Virus record (IMG/VR): IMGVR_UViG_3300017716_002595
Location: 32,001 to 96,000 of that record
Origin: a virus
DNA: 64,000 nucleotides
Strand: one strand, 5' to 3'
The stretch's first letter is position 1, and each line of letters begins with the position of its first letter. This document shows positions 48,239-58,402 of the stretch, in pieces. Both the position numbers and the translations under genes were made by a program. A model generated the notes under the pieces. The model made no database searches. It was not told where the DNA came from and was given only the letters and a program-made list of their open reading frames with translations.

Positions 48239-48722
48239 ACTTTAGGGCAATACAGTTTTTAAATTATTAACGCGATCTTAGGACGCACAAAACGTAAATC
48301 AAAATGAGTACACAATTCAACGAATGGGATATCCTATTTCACAATTTTTTCTTTCCAACAAGCGGATTCGGATCAGCATCCACAACCAAACAACCACATC
48401 CATTAAACATCTATTATGACGAAACAGGCCTTCACTTTGAGGTAGCATGTACTGGTCTAACTAAAGAAGATGTTAAAGTAGATATTGAAGACGATATCTT
48501 AAAAATCAGTTATGACAAACCTGAAGAACTTTTACATCCTGGTACAATCCATAGAAGTTTATCTAAAAAATCCTTTAATTTAGGTTACAAAATTTCAAGT
48601 AAATATGATTTAAGTAAATCTGATGGTAAACTAGAAAATGGTTTACTAACAATCTTTATTCCTATTACTGAAAAAGCTAAACCTAAAACTATTAAAATCA
48701 AATAAAAATATTGCCCTAAAGT
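48239..48722. repeat. 14-bp perfect inverted repeat enclosing the Hsp20 gene
   Basis: ACTTTAGGGCAATA (48239-48252) / TATTGCCCTAAAGT (48709-48722). Confidence 0.9.
48304..48705 (+). CDS. small heat shock protein (Hsp20)
   Basis: P.NIY, A..G..KEDV.V..E...L.I, LENGLLTI.IP, KPKTIKIK. Confidence 0.92.
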   Translation: MSTQFNEWDILFHNFFFPTSGFGSASTTKQPHPLNIYYDETGLHFEVACTGLTKEDVKVDIEDDILKISYDKPEELLHPGTIHRSLSKKSFNLGYKISSKYDLSKSDGKLENGLLTIFIPITEKAKPKTIKIK

Positions 48723-48757
48723 TAGGTTTTCTCAAAAATATTTTATACATTACAGTT

Positions 48758-48937
48758 ATGAATCAAATAATTAAAATAAACGACGAATTATTTTTAGTAA
48801 AACGCGTTACAGGCGAACATTACGGACGATTTGCTCATTTATGGAACGAATTGTCTCCCACTAACAAAGTATTTAAAAAAGATAACCAAATGTACTTTTG
48901 TGAAGTGATAGAGGATGCAAACATTATAGAAAATTAA
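48758..48937 (+). CDS. hypothetical protein (59 aa)
   Basis: MNQIIKINDELFLVKR...YFCEVIEDA; follows a promoter-like TAG-N20-TACATTAC; absent from the ORF track. Confidence 0.6.
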   Translation: MNQIIKINDELFLVKRVTGEHYGRFAHLWNELSPTNKVFKKDNQMYFCEVIEDANIIEN

Positions 48938-48962
48938 TATTAATATTTAAACCAAGAAGTTT

Positions 48963-49259
48963 ATGATCAAAGCCGTTTGGGACGCCATTATTGTAAAGGT
49001 GGACGAAAAAGCAGAAAAAATGCATGGTAAGTTTATTATCCCTGACTTATCTCAAGAAAAAGCAATTATAGGGAATGTTATTGATGTTGGGCCTGGAAGA
49101 TGGAACAACGCTGGAGATGCCCTTATACCTATGTCTTTCAAAGTAGGGGATAGAGTAGTATTACCTCAAGTAGGACCTACTAAATTAGAATGGGATGGTG
49201 TAGAATACATCGCCGTTTCTGAAGCACAAGTATTAGCATTAATTGTAGAACAAAATTAA
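48963..49259 (+). CDS. groES: co-chaperonin
   Basis: IIPD..QEK...G.VIDVGPG, KVGDRV, E..VLA. Confidence 0.9.
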   Translation: MIKAVWDAIIVKVDEKAEKMHGKFIIPDLSQEKAIIGNVIDVGPGRWNNAGDALIPMSFKVGDRVVLPQVGPTKLEWDGVEYIAVSEAQVLALIVEQN

Positions 49260-49261
49260 AT

Positions 49262-50893
49262 ATGAAAACAGCTTTTAATCAAGAAGTAAAAGAAAAATTA
49301 GCTAAAGGAATTAAAACAGTAGCAGATGCTGTTGGTTCTACTTTAGGTCCATATGGACGAAATGTATTGTTTATCGATGAATTTGGGGGTGTACGTAGCA
49401 CAAAAGATGGTGTTACTGTAGCAAAAGAACTAAAAGAGCTTGAAGATCCATTAGAAAACATGGGAGCACAAACAGTAAAGCAAGCATCTATTAAAACAGC
49501 AGAAAAAGCTGGGGATGGTACTACAACTTCAACTGTAATAGCAAATGAATTAATACAAAAAGCATTTAGTAGTATTACACCAAATACAAATGTTGTATTA
49601 GTTAAAAAAGGAATTGAAGCAGCCATGACAGAAATTGTTTCAGGTTTAAAACAAATTAAACGTGAGATTAGCTCTGAAGAACAAATTAGACAAGTAGCAA
49701 CTATATCAGCTAATAATGATGAAGAATTAGGAACACTAGTAGCAGAAGCTATGAATTTAGTAGGACAAGACGGTGTTGTAACTGTTGAGGAATCTAAAAC
49801 AGGTGAAACTTCATTAGAAACAGTTGAAGGTATTCAATTTGACAGAGGATACAAATCAATGTACTTTGTTACAGATAATAACTCAATGTCATCTACTCTA
49901 CAAGACCCAGTAATTTTAATATATGATGGTCGATTAGTAGCGGTTAAAGAATTACTTCCAATTCTTGAAGGTGCTTCTCAAGCAGATAGCTCATTATTAA
50001 TTATTGCTGAAGATATTGATGGTGAAGCATTATCTACATTAATTGTAAATAAAATGAGAGGTTTACTAAAAGTAGTAGCTGTTAAAGCTCCTGACTTTGG
50101 AGATAGACGTACTGCCGTTTTAGAAGATATCGCTACTGTAACGGGAGGTACTGTTGTGTCACCTGAAAAAGGAATGAAACTAGATCGTTTTAACTCAGAC
50201 TGGTTTGGTAAAGCACGTGTTGCTACCGTAACTAAAGATACTACTACAATTGTAGATGGTACTGGAGCTACAGGTGATATTGAAAATAGAGTAGCTGAAT
50301 TAAAAGAGCAAATTGGAAAAGCTAATTCATCATTTGAAAAAGAGCATTTACAAGAGCGTTTAGGTAAATTAGTAGGTGGTGTAGCTGTAATCAATATTGG
50401 TGGTGCTACTGAAACTGAAATTAAAGAGAAAAAGGACCGTATTGATGATGCTCTTCAAGCAACAAAAGCTGCTTTAGAAGAAGGATTATTACCAGGTGGA
50501 GGTATTGCTTTACTAGAAGCTAGAGAAGGAATTACTCAAACTAAAACAGATAACGACGATTTTAATTTAGGAAAAAGAATAGCATATTCTGCATGTAGTG
50601 CTCCTTTCTTAAAAATCCTTACCAACGCTGGTATTGAAAATACTTCTGATATTTTATTTAACTTAAGACAAGCTAGATTGGATAACGGGGAAAAAGGTCG
50701 TACATTTGGGTATGATATTAAAACAGAAACTGTAACAGATATGTTTGAAGCTGGAATTATTGATCCTATGAAAGTAGTGAGAACCGCATTATCAAACGCA
50801 GTATCAGTAGCAGGAACTATTTTATTAACTGAATGTGCAATTTATAACGAACCTAAAAAAGACAAAGATGATCAACAACAGTTTATGGGTTGA
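49262..50893 (+). CDS. groEL: chaperonin
   Basis: TLGP.GRNV, TKDGVTVA, AGDGTTT, FDRGY, KAPDFGDRR, PGGG, IIDP.KV. Confidence 0.96.
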   Translation: MKTAFNQEVKEKLAKGIKTVADAVGSTLGPYGRNVLFIDEFGGVRSTKDGVTVAKELKELEDPLENMGAQTVKQASIKTAEKAGDGTTTSTVIANELIQKAFSSITPNTNVVLVKKGIEAAMTEIVSGLKQIKREISSEEQIRQVATISANNDEELGTLVAEAMNLVGQDGVVTVEESKTGETSLETVEGIQFDRGYKSMYFVTDNNSMSSTLQDPVILIYDGRLVAVKELLPILEGASQADSSLLIIAEDIDGEALSTLIVNKMRGLLKVVAVKAPDFGDRRTAVLEDIATVTGGTVVSPEKGMKLDRFNSDWFGKARVATVTKDTTTIVDGTGATGDIENRVAELKEQIGKANSSFEKEHLQERLGKLVGGVAVINIGGATETEIKEKKDRIDDALQATKAALEEGLLPGGGIALLEAREGITQTKTDNDDFNLGKRIAYSACSAPFLKILTNAGIENTSDILFNLRQARLDNGEKGRTFGYDIKTETVTDMFEAGIIDPMKVVRTALSNAVSVAGTILLTECAIYNEPKKDKDDQQQFMG

Positions 50894-51779
50894 GAAATAT
50901 CGTAGTCAAACACTAGATACATACGTGGGGAATGAAGGCATTAAAGCCTTCATCTCCAAATGTATTACAAAAAACGATATACCTCATTTATTACTTTATG
51001 GTAAAGCCGGAACCGGAAAAACCACTTTAGCTAAATTAATTACTAAAAACATTAAATGTGATGTAATGTACATTAATGCGTCTGATGAAAGAGGTATTGA
51101 TACTATTAGAGATAAAATTGTAGATTTTGCCTCTGTAAATAGTTTTAACCCAATCAAGGTTATTATATTAGATGAAGCAGACTATATAACGTCTCAAGCT
51201 CAAGCGGCTTTAAGAAATGTTATGGAAACATATTCTGCTAAAACTAGATTTATATTAACAGCAAACTATGCTGAGCGTATAATTGAGCCATTAAAAAGTA
51301 GATGTCAATCATTTCATATTGAACCACCTGCAAAAGGAGAAGTTGCAAAACATCTAGCAGGGATCTTAGATCAAGAGAATATGACATATGAACTATCAGT
51401 ACTAGCAAGCTTAGTAAAAGCATACTACCCAGATATTAGAAAAATAATAAATGCATCTCAACAATCTATAGATGATAATAATAATCTAAATCCTAATGCT
51501 TTAATTGCTGATATAGAAAATACATTAAATAATGTTATCCAATATTTAAAATCACCAAATAAACAAAGTTGGGCTAATATACGTCAAACTGTAGTAAATG
51601 ATGATATAAATGATTTTATTCCTTTATTTACAGGAATATATGAACGAGCATCAGAATTTAGCGAATCACCAGCAGATGTATCAATCCACGCTGCTCAGTA
51701 TATGTGGCAAAATAATTCAATTGCTGATCGTGAATTGAATTTTATGGCTTTTATTTCACAACTATTAAAAATTAAATAA
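50868..51779 (+). CDS. clamp loader AAA+ subunit (gp44/RFC-like)
   Basis: LWVEKYR, G.AGTGKT, NASDERGID, LDEAD, SRC. Confidence 0.93.
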   Translation: MINNSLWVEKYRSQTLDTYVGNEGIKAFISKCITKNDIPHLLLYGKAGTGKTTLAKLITKNIKCDVMYINASDERGIDTIRDKIVDFASVNSFNPIKVIILDEADYITSQAQAALRNVMETYSAKTRFILTANYAERIIEPLKSRCQSFHIEPPAKGEVAKHLAGILDQENMTYELSVLASLVKAYYPDIRKIINASQQSIDDNNNLNPNALIADIENTLNNVIQYLKSPNKQSWANIRQTVVNDDINDFIPLFTGIYERASEFSESPADVSIHAAQYMWQNNSIADRELNFMAFISQLLKIK

Positions 51780-52000
51780 TGAATCAAAAAGAATTAAACA
51801 TGAATGTATCTTTACAAGATACTACACCTATTACTTGTGATGAATGTGGTCATGAAGTGTTTATAGAAGGCGTTATACTGCGTCAAGTATCAAAATTCCT
51901 AACAGGTACTGCACAAAATGCTTTAATGCCTATACCTGTATTTACTTGCGCTAAATGTGGACATGTAAATGAGCATTTTATGCCTAAAGATAAAGAATAA
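51779..52000 (+). CDS. zinc-ribbon protein
   Basis: CDECG...CAKCGH. Confidence 0.7.
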   Translation: MNQKELNMNVSLQDTTPITCDECGHEVFIEGVILRQVSKFLTGTAQNALMPIPVFTCAKCGHVNEHFMPKDKE

Positions 52001-52452
52001 TGACAGTTTGGGATTGGTTAAAACAGGTTACGTACATAAGGGAGCCTTGGGATAATTTTAGTGAAGAAGATAAAGAAAGTTTTAATGTCTACATGCTTCA
52101 TAAGGTTATCTCAATGCATGAACCTTACATTGAATTAGCAAACTATTTACAAAAGTTCTGGTTGTTAACTCCAAAACAAGTATATGACGTATATTGTGGT
52201 TATTTACCTAAAACCTCTATATATGCTAAATACATTAAATCAAATCAACCAAAACCAAATCAAGAATTAGTTACTATATTAGCTAATCATTATCAATTAT
52301 CAACAAGAGAGATAAAATCTTATCTACATATATTAAGTGAAGATGAAATAAAAAATGTTTTAATTGGTAGAGGAGTAAATGAGGAAGAAATTCAAAAATT
52401 ATTAGGTTATGAAAAAAGTACCAAAGCATCTAAAACCTCTTCTAGAGCATAA
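52000..52452 (+). CDS. clamp loader small subunit (gp62-like)
   Basis: WDWLKQV, FNVYM.HK..SM, LPK...YAKYIK, Y.LS.RE; close to the gp44-like gene. Confidence 0.65.
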   Translation: MTVWDWLKQVTYIREPWDNFSEEDKESFNVYMLHKVISMHEPYIELANYLQKFWLLTPKQVYDVYCGYLPKTSIYAKYIKSNQPKPNQELVTILANHYQLSTREIKSYLHILSEDEIKNVLIGRGVNEEEIQKLLGYEKSTKASKTSSRA

Positions 52453-53350
52453 AGCTGAAGAAATTAATTGGGAAACAGATAAAATTGTATCTTACTCTCA
52501 ATTTTCAACTTGGAAACAGTGTCCCCATAAATGGAAACTTCAAAATGTAGATAAACTTAAAAATCCACCAAGTATTCATTTAATATTTGGAACTTCAATG
52601 CATACTGCTATACAACATTATTTAAAAGTAATGTATGAACAAAGTGGGGCAGCTGCTGATAGAGAAGATATAATTAAATTATTTGAAGATACTCTTAGAG
52701 AAGAATACAAAAAAGGTTTTGAGCAAAATAAACAAGTCCATTTTTCAAATGCTGAAGAGATGGCTGAGTTTTTTGAAGATGGAAAGACAATACTAGAATA
52801 CTTTAAAAGAAAAAAAGGAGGTTATTTTTCAACTCGTAAAACACATCTTGTAGGAATAGAATTTCCTTTATCTTATTCACCACATGAAGGGTATCCTAAT
52901 GTTAAATTTAAAGGATTTATTGATCTTATATTTTACAACGAGAATACAGAAAAATTATACATCTATGATATAAAAACTTCAACTCGTGGGTGGAAAGACC
53001 AAGATAAAAAAGATGAAACCAAAACATCCCAAATCTTACTCTACAAATCATATTTCAGTAAAATATTTAATTGGGATGTAGATAAAATAGATGTTGAGTT
53101 CTTCATTGTAAAACGAAAAATATGGGAAGAAAGTGATTTCCCCATTCCTCGAATTCAAGAATTTATCCCTCCATCAGGAACAAGAAAACGTTTGAATGCT
53201 ACAGAAGCTTTTCGTACATTCATTGAAGATTGTTTCAATACAGAAGGTAAACCACAAGAAAAGGAATTTACAAAAATTGTAAGTCCATTATGTAAATGGT
53301 GTCAATTTAATGATAAACCTTCTCTCTGTAATAAAATCAATTCTTTATAA
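52409..53350 (+). CDS. PD-(D/E)XK nuclease (RecB/Cas4-like, with Fe-S Cys)
   Basis: SYSQ...CP, FGT.MH, GFIDL, DIKTS, Q..LY, CKWC...C. Confidence 0.85.
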   Translation: MKKVPKHLKPLLEHKAEEINWETDKIVSYSQFSTWKQCPHKWKLQNVDKLKNPPSIHLIFGTSMHTAIQHYLKVMYEQSGAAADREDIIKLFEDTLREEYKKGFEQNKQVHFSNAEEMAEFFEDGKTILEYFKRKKGGYFSTRKTHLVGIEFPLSYSPHEGYPNVKFKGFIDLIFYNENTEKLYIYDIKTSTRGWKDQDKKDETKTSQILLYKSYFSKIFNWDVDKIDVEFFIVKRKIWEESDFPIPRIQEFIPPSGTRKRLNATEAFRTFIEDCFNTEGKPQEKEFTKIVSPLCKWCQFNDKPSLCNKINSL

Positions 53351-53384
53351 ATTTACATATATTTATATCCAAATATATAACATT

Positions 53385-53588
53385 ATGGCAAGTAAAAACG
53401 AAAAATTAACTTTAACAAGTGTAAAAGTACACGAAGATCTATTTGATGAGTTTAAAGTAGCAAGTATTAAAAACAAATTTAATTTACAAAAATTAACAAA
53501 CCGAGCAATGCATCTTTATTTAAATAATGATGAATTTCGCAAACAACTACACAACCACACTGAATTAGTGTTGAGTGGCAGTCTTTAA
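53385..53588 (+). CDS. ribbon-helix-helix-like DNA-binding protein
   Basis: LTSVKV..DLFDEFK...LQKL.NRAMHLY. Confidence 0.6.
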   Translation: MASKNEKLTLTSVKVHEDLFDEFKVASIKNKFNLQKLTNRAMHLYLNNDEFRKQLHNHTELVLSGSL

Positions 53589-53605
53589 AAGTTTTAACAA
53601 ACGTT

Positions 53606-55048
53606 ATGAAAAAACATTACATCCCTCAGGAGCAACGAAAAAAAATCCTTATTCTATCTGATGACATCAGAACAACATCCGGGATTGCTACTATGACAAG
53701 AGAAATGGTTTTAGGAACATGTCACCATTTCAATTGGGTAAATTTAGGAGCAACAATCAAAAACCCAGATGAAGGTAAAAAAATCGACTTAAGTGGAGAT
53801 TCAAACAAATTTAATGGTATAACGGATGCTAGTGTTTTCCTCTATCCATCATCCGGATATGGTACTATTGAAAGAGTAAGAGAATTACTTAAAATAGAAA
53901 AACCAGATGCAATAATGCTATTCACTGATCCCCGTTATTGGGAATGGTTATGGGTACATGAAAGAGAAATACGTTCTCAAGTTCCAATCTTATATCTTAA
54001 TATTTGGGATTCATTACCTTATCCAATATATAATAGAGGATATTATGATTCATGTGACTTATTAATGGCAATTTCTAAACAAACTGAAAATATAAACAGA
54101 GTTGTATTAGGAGAAAAAGCTAAAAGTAAAGTAATTACTTATGTTCCTCATGGTATTAATGAAGATATTTTCTTCCCTATCGATGAAAATCATGAAAAAT
54201 GGGATGAATTACAACAATTTAAAAAACAATTATTTAATGGTAAAGAATATGAATTTACATTAATGTTTAACTCAAGAAACATTAGACGTAAATCATTTCC
54301 AGATACATTATTAGCTTGGAAAATGTTTGTAGATGGATTACCTGAAGATAAAAAAGATAAAGTAGCATTTATTGCTCATACTCAACCCATAGATGAAAAT
54401 GGTACTGATTTAAATGCTGTTATTGAAATGATTTGGGGTAAAACACCACCAAACGTATTCATTACTGGTTTAAATAGATTCGTACCTGAACAAATGAACT
54501 TACTATATAATTGCTCAGATGCGGGTATATTAATATCTTCAAATGAAGGATGGGGATTATCTTTAACAGAAGCAATGATGTGTGGTAAACCTATTATTGC
54601 TAATGTAACTGGAGGTATGCAAGACCAAATGAGATTCGAAGACGAAAATGGCGAATGGGTTCAATTTACAGAAGAATTTGGTTCTAATCATTTTGGAAAA
54701 TATAAAAAACATGGTGAATGGGCATTTCCTGTATTCCCTAGCAACATGAGTTTAATTGGTTCCGTACCAACACCTTATATATTTGATGATAGAGCAGATT
54801 TTAGAGATGCTGCTGATCAAATTAAAGTACTCTATAATTTAGGGAAAGAAGAAAGAACAAATAAAGGAAAAGCGGCTAGAAAATGGGTAATGTCTGATGA
54901 AGCTATGATGACTTCTAAAAATATGTCTATCAATGTTATAAATTCTATTAATAAGACTTTAGAAACATTTACACCAAGACCATCTTACGATTTTATCCAC
55001 ATTAATGAACTACCAGCAAAACAAAACAAACATATAATTTCGTTATGA
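53606..55048 (+). CDS. GT4-family glycosyltransferase
   Basis: SGIA, VPHGI, SRNIRRK, SSNEGWGLSLTEAMMCGKP. Confidence 0.88.
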   Translation: MKKHYIPQEQRKKILILSDDIRTTSGIATMTREMVLGTCHHFNWVNLGATIKNPDEGKKIDLSGDSNKFNGITDASVFLYPSSGYGTIERVRELLKIEKPDAIMLFTDPRYWEWLWVHEREIRSQVPILYLNIWDSLPYPIYNRGYYDSCDLLMAISKQTENINRVVLGEKAKSKVITYVPHGINEDIFFPIDENHEKWDELQQFKKQLFNGKEYEFTLMFNSRNIRRKSFPDTLLAWKMFVDGLPEDKKDKVAFIAHTQPIDENGTDLNAVIEMIWGKTPPNVFITGLNRFVPEQMNLLYNCSDAGILISSNEGWGLSLTEAMMCGKPIIANVTGGMQDQMRFEDENGEWVQFTEEFGSNHFGKYKKHGEWAFPVFPSNMSLIGSVPTPYIFDDRADFRDAADQIKVLYNLGKEERTNKGKAARKWVMSDEAMMTSKNMSINVINSINKTLETFTPRPSYDFIHINELPAKQNKHIISL

Positions 55049-56346
55049 GTAAACCACTTTGCATAATCAGTAGCCCAGTAGACACTTTTAGTGGGTATGG
55101 AGCTAGATCACGTGATTTTATAAAATCTCTTATTAAAGTTAAAGGAGAAGAATGGGATATTAAACTATTATCTCAACGTTGGGGACAAACTCCATTTGGA
55201 GCATTAGATCCAAATATAGAAGAAGAAGCAGATCTAAAAAATCGCATCATAGGACAAGTAACTATGCAACTACCAGCAAGACCAGATGTATGGATTCAAA
55301 TTACAGTACCTAATGAATTTCAACCTGTTGGAAGTAAATTTAATCTTGGAGTAACAGCTGGAATTGAGACTACCATCTGTGATCCTTCTTGGATAGATGG
55401 TTTGAATAAAATGGATTTAAATTTAGTTTCATCTGAACATTCAAAACAGGTATTTACATCTAGTAAATTTGAACAAAAAAATCAAGTAGGACAAGTTACT
55501 AATATTATTGAATTAAAAAAACCTATAGAAATTTTATTTGAAGGTGCAGATTTAACTAAATACTTTAAAATAACTGAAAAGAACGATTTTAATATTTATA
55601 AAGATTTAGATTCTATTAAAGAAAATTTTGCATTTTTATTCGTAGGTCATTGGTTACAAGGTGATTTTGGTGAAGATAGAAAAAATGTGGGTTATTTAAT
55701 TAAAGCATTTTTAGAAACTTTTAAATATAAAAAAGTTCAACCTGCCTTAATTTTAAAAATATCACAAGGAGCTACCTCTATATTAGATAGAGATAGAATT
55801 CTTAATAAAATAGATGATATTAGAAAAACTGTTCATGGGGGTAAAAAAGCTAATATTTACGTAATACACGGCGATTTAACCGATGAAGAGATAAACGCCA
55901 TATACAACCACCAAAAAGTAAAGGCAATGGTTAATCTTACAAAAGGAGAAGGATTTGGAAGACCATTACTTGAATTTAGTGTAGTAGGTAAACCTATTAT
56001 TGCTTCTGGTTGGAGTGGTCATTTAGATTTCTTACCTTCAGAATTCGCAGGTTTAGTAGGAGGTACATTAAATAATGTTCATCAAAGTGCGCATGTTCAA
56101 AATACTATTCTACTAGAAAGTCAGTGGTTTAAACCAGATGATAATCAAGTAGGACATGCCCTTACTGAAGTTTTTGACAAATATAAAACATATCAAGAAA
56201 AAGCAAAACGTTTAGCATTTAAAAATAAACAAGAATTTTCGTTTGATAAAATGACAGAAAAACTAGACGAATTGTTAAAACAATATGTTCCTGAATTTCC
56301 TAAACATGTTGAAATTAAATTACCAAAATTAAAAAAGATAGAATAA
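55045..56346 (+). CDS. GT4-family glycosyltransferase
   Basis: SGYG, FLFVG, DRKNV, KGEGFGRPLLE. Confidence 0.88.
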   Translation: MSKPLCIISSPVDTFSGYGARSRDFIKSLIKVKGEEWDIKLLSQRWGQTPFGALDPNIEEEADLKNRIIGQVTMQLPARPDVWIQITVPNEFQPVGSKFNLGVTAGIETTICDPSWIDGLNKMDLNLVSSEHSKQVFTSSKFEQKNQVGQVTNIIELKKPIEILFEGADLTKYFKITEKNDFNIYKDLDSIKENFAFLFVGHWLQGDFGEDRKNVGYLIKAFLETFKYKKVQPALILKISQGATSILDRDRILNKIDDIRKTVHGGKKANIYVIHGDLTDEEINAIYNHQKVKAMVNLTKGEGFGRPLLEFSVVGKPIIASGWSGHLDFLPSEFAGLVGGTLNNVHQSAHVQNTILLESQWFKPDDNQVGHALTEVFDKYKTYQEKAKRLAFKNKQEFSFDKMTEKLDELLKQYVPEFPKHVEIKLPKLKKIE

Positions 56347-56347
56347 C

Positions 56348-56779
56348 ATGAACGATAATTTAGTAAAATGTCCTCATTGTGAAGCCGAAATGTGTTATGA
56401 GTACCATAATCCACAATACATCCAATGGATGTGTTTTAACTGTGGGTATGGTAGTACATCACATATGGTTAAAGATAGTGACTTTGTAAAATCATCTAAA
56501 GAAGTATTACCTGAATTAATTAAAGATTTAGAATTTACAGATGAGAACGATTTTGTATGGTACCCAAGTACTATTAACATTCCTGAAAAAGGAATATTAT
56601 TTCCTAATGGGAGTAATAAAGATAATTGGATGTGGGCTGTTGCTCCGTTAACTCTTATCACAAAGGAAGAAAAATCTCGTTTTCCTAAAAAACAAACACA
56701 TAAAGTTGATTTGAGTAACATGCAATATTTTCCTAAAGAAGAATTTGCTAGAGCAGTTACTACCTTAAACGAGTTGTAA
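56348..56779 (+). CDS. zinc-finger hypothetical protein
   Basis: CPHC...CFNCG. Confidence 0.6.
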   Translation: MNDNLVKCPHCEAEMCYEYHNPQYIQWMCFNCGYGSTSHMVKDSDFVKSSKEVLPELIKDLEFTDENDFVWYPSTINIPEKGILFPNGSNKDNWMWAVAPLTLITKEEKSRFPKKQTHKVDLSNMQYFPKEEFARAVTTLNEL

Positions 56780-56781
56780 AA

Positions 56782-57399
56782 ATGAAAATTAGTTATGCTA
56801 TAACAGTTTGTAATGAATTGGAGGAAATTAAACGTTTAGTTTCTTTCCTCCTTTCAAACAAACGAAAAGAAGATGAGATAATAATCTTGTTTGATGATAA
56901 AGGTACTGAGGAAGTTTGGAATTATTTAATCCAAGTAGAAGGAGACATAGCGCTACTTCACAAAGCTCAATTTAAGAATGACTTCAGTGAATGGAAAAAC
57001 AAACTGTCCAAATTATGCTCAGGAGATTATATCTTTCAAATAGACGCAGATGAAATCCCTAACTTAACCTTAATTGAACATCTCCCAGAAATACTTGAAA
57101 TGAATCAAGGAATAGATGTACTTCTAGTTCCTAGAGTAAATACTGTAGAAGGACTAACCCAAGAACATATACAAAAATGGGGATGGGTAGTAGATAATCA
57201 AGGATGGGTTAATTACCCTGATTTTCAATGGAGAATCTACAAAAACACACCAGACATTAAATGGATAAACAAAGTACATGAAAGATTAATAGGGTACAAA
57301 ACTATATCAAATTTACCTCAAATGGAAGCCTGTTCTTTATATCATCCTAAAACAATTGAAAGACAAGAAAAACAAAACGATTATTACGAAACATTATGA
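56782..57399 (+). CDS. GT2-family glycosyltransferase
   Basis: ISYAITVCNE, DFS.WKN, FQIDADE, PD.Q.R, VHE. Confidence 0.88.
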   Translation: MKISYAITVCNELEEIKRLVSFLLSNKRKEDEIIILFDDKGTEEVWNYLIQVEGDIALLHKAQFKNDFSEWKNKLSKLCSGDYIFQIDADEIPNLTLIEHLPEILEMNQGIDVLLVPRVNTVEGLTQEHIQKWGWVVDNQGWVNYPDFQWRIYKNTPDIKWINKVHERLIGYKTISNLPQMEACSLYHPKTIERQEKQNDYYETL

Positions 57400-58394
57400 A
57401 AATACTAATTACAGGAATAGCAGGATTACTTGGAAGTAGATTAGCAGATTGGATTATTATTAATCATCCTGAAGTTGAAATTATTGGGATAGATGATTTA
57501 AGTGGAGGTTATATTGATAATGTTAATTCTAAAGTACAATTTCACCAAATTAATATAGCAACAGAACCTCATAAACTTAACACATTATTTCAAAATACAC
57601 ATCCTGATTATGTATATCATTTTGCTGCATATGCTGCTGAGGGATTATCTCCTTTTATTAGACACTACAATTATACTAATAATCTGTTATCTACAGCTAA
57701 TATTGTAAATAATTGTATTAACTATGATATTAAACGTTTAGTATTTACATCTACAATGGCCGTATATGGACATGGTGAAGGAGGTATATTTCATGAAGAT
57801 ATGCGCCGTAACCCAATCGATCCTTATGGAGTTGCTAAAGCAGCTTGTGAACGTGATATTGAAATTGCTAATGAACAACATGGATTAGATTATTGTATTA
57901 TTCGTCCTCATAATGTATTTGGAGCTAATCAAAATATTTGGGACAAATACCGAAATGTATTAGGAATTTGGATGTATTATCATATGGAAGGAAAACCTAT
58001 TACTATTTTTGGTGATGGAACTCAAAAACGAGCTTTTAGTTATATTGATGATTCTTTAGAACCATTATGGAATGCTTCTATTAGACCTGAAGCATCTAAA
58101 CAAATAATTAATTTAGGAGGAATTCATGAGTATAGTATAAATGAAGCCGCTCAAACACTTTCTGAAGTATTAGGTGGTGCTGAAAAAATCCACTTAGAAG
58201 GGAGACATGAAGTCCACACAGCTGTTCCTACATTCCAAAAATCTATAGATATTTTAGGTTTTGAACATAAGACTGATTTAAAAGAAGGATTAGAAAAAAT
58301 GTGGAAATGGGCTCAAAATCAACCAAAAAGAGAAAGATTTGTATGGGATGATTATGAAATCGAAAAAGGAATTTATACATTCTGGAAAAAATAA
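57396..58394 (+). CDS. NAD-dependent sugar epimerase/dehydratase
   Basis: GIAGLLG, STMAVYG, PYGVAK, GDGTQKR. Confidence 0.9.
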   Translation: MKILITGIAGLLGSRLADWIIINHPEVEIIGIDDLSGGYIDNVNSKVQFHQINIATEPHKLNTLFQNTHPDYVYHFAAYAAEGLSPFIRHYNYTNNLLSTANIVNNCINYDIKRLVFTSTMAVYGHGEGGIFHEDMRRNPIDPYGVAKAACERDIEIANEQHGLDYCIIRPHNVFGANQNIWDKYRNVLGIWMYYHMEGKPITIFGDGTQKRAFSYIDDSLEPLWNASIRPEASKQIINLGGIHEYSINEAAQTLSEVLGGAEKIHLEGRHEVHTAVPTFQKSIDILGFEHKTDLKEGLEKMWKWAQNQPKRERFVWDDYEIEKGIYTFWKK

Positions 58395-58402
58395 AAATTA
58401 TT

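Noticed and set aside
52409-53350. Cas4 / CRISPR system
   Set aside because: No repeat-spacer array or other cas genes seen; stand-alone Cas4-like nucleases are common in phages
256-56721. All minus-strand ORFs in the track (e.g. 6770-7228, 49978-50394, 7931-8314)
   Set aside because: They are antisense shadows of well-supported + strand genes, with no motifs or promoters of their own
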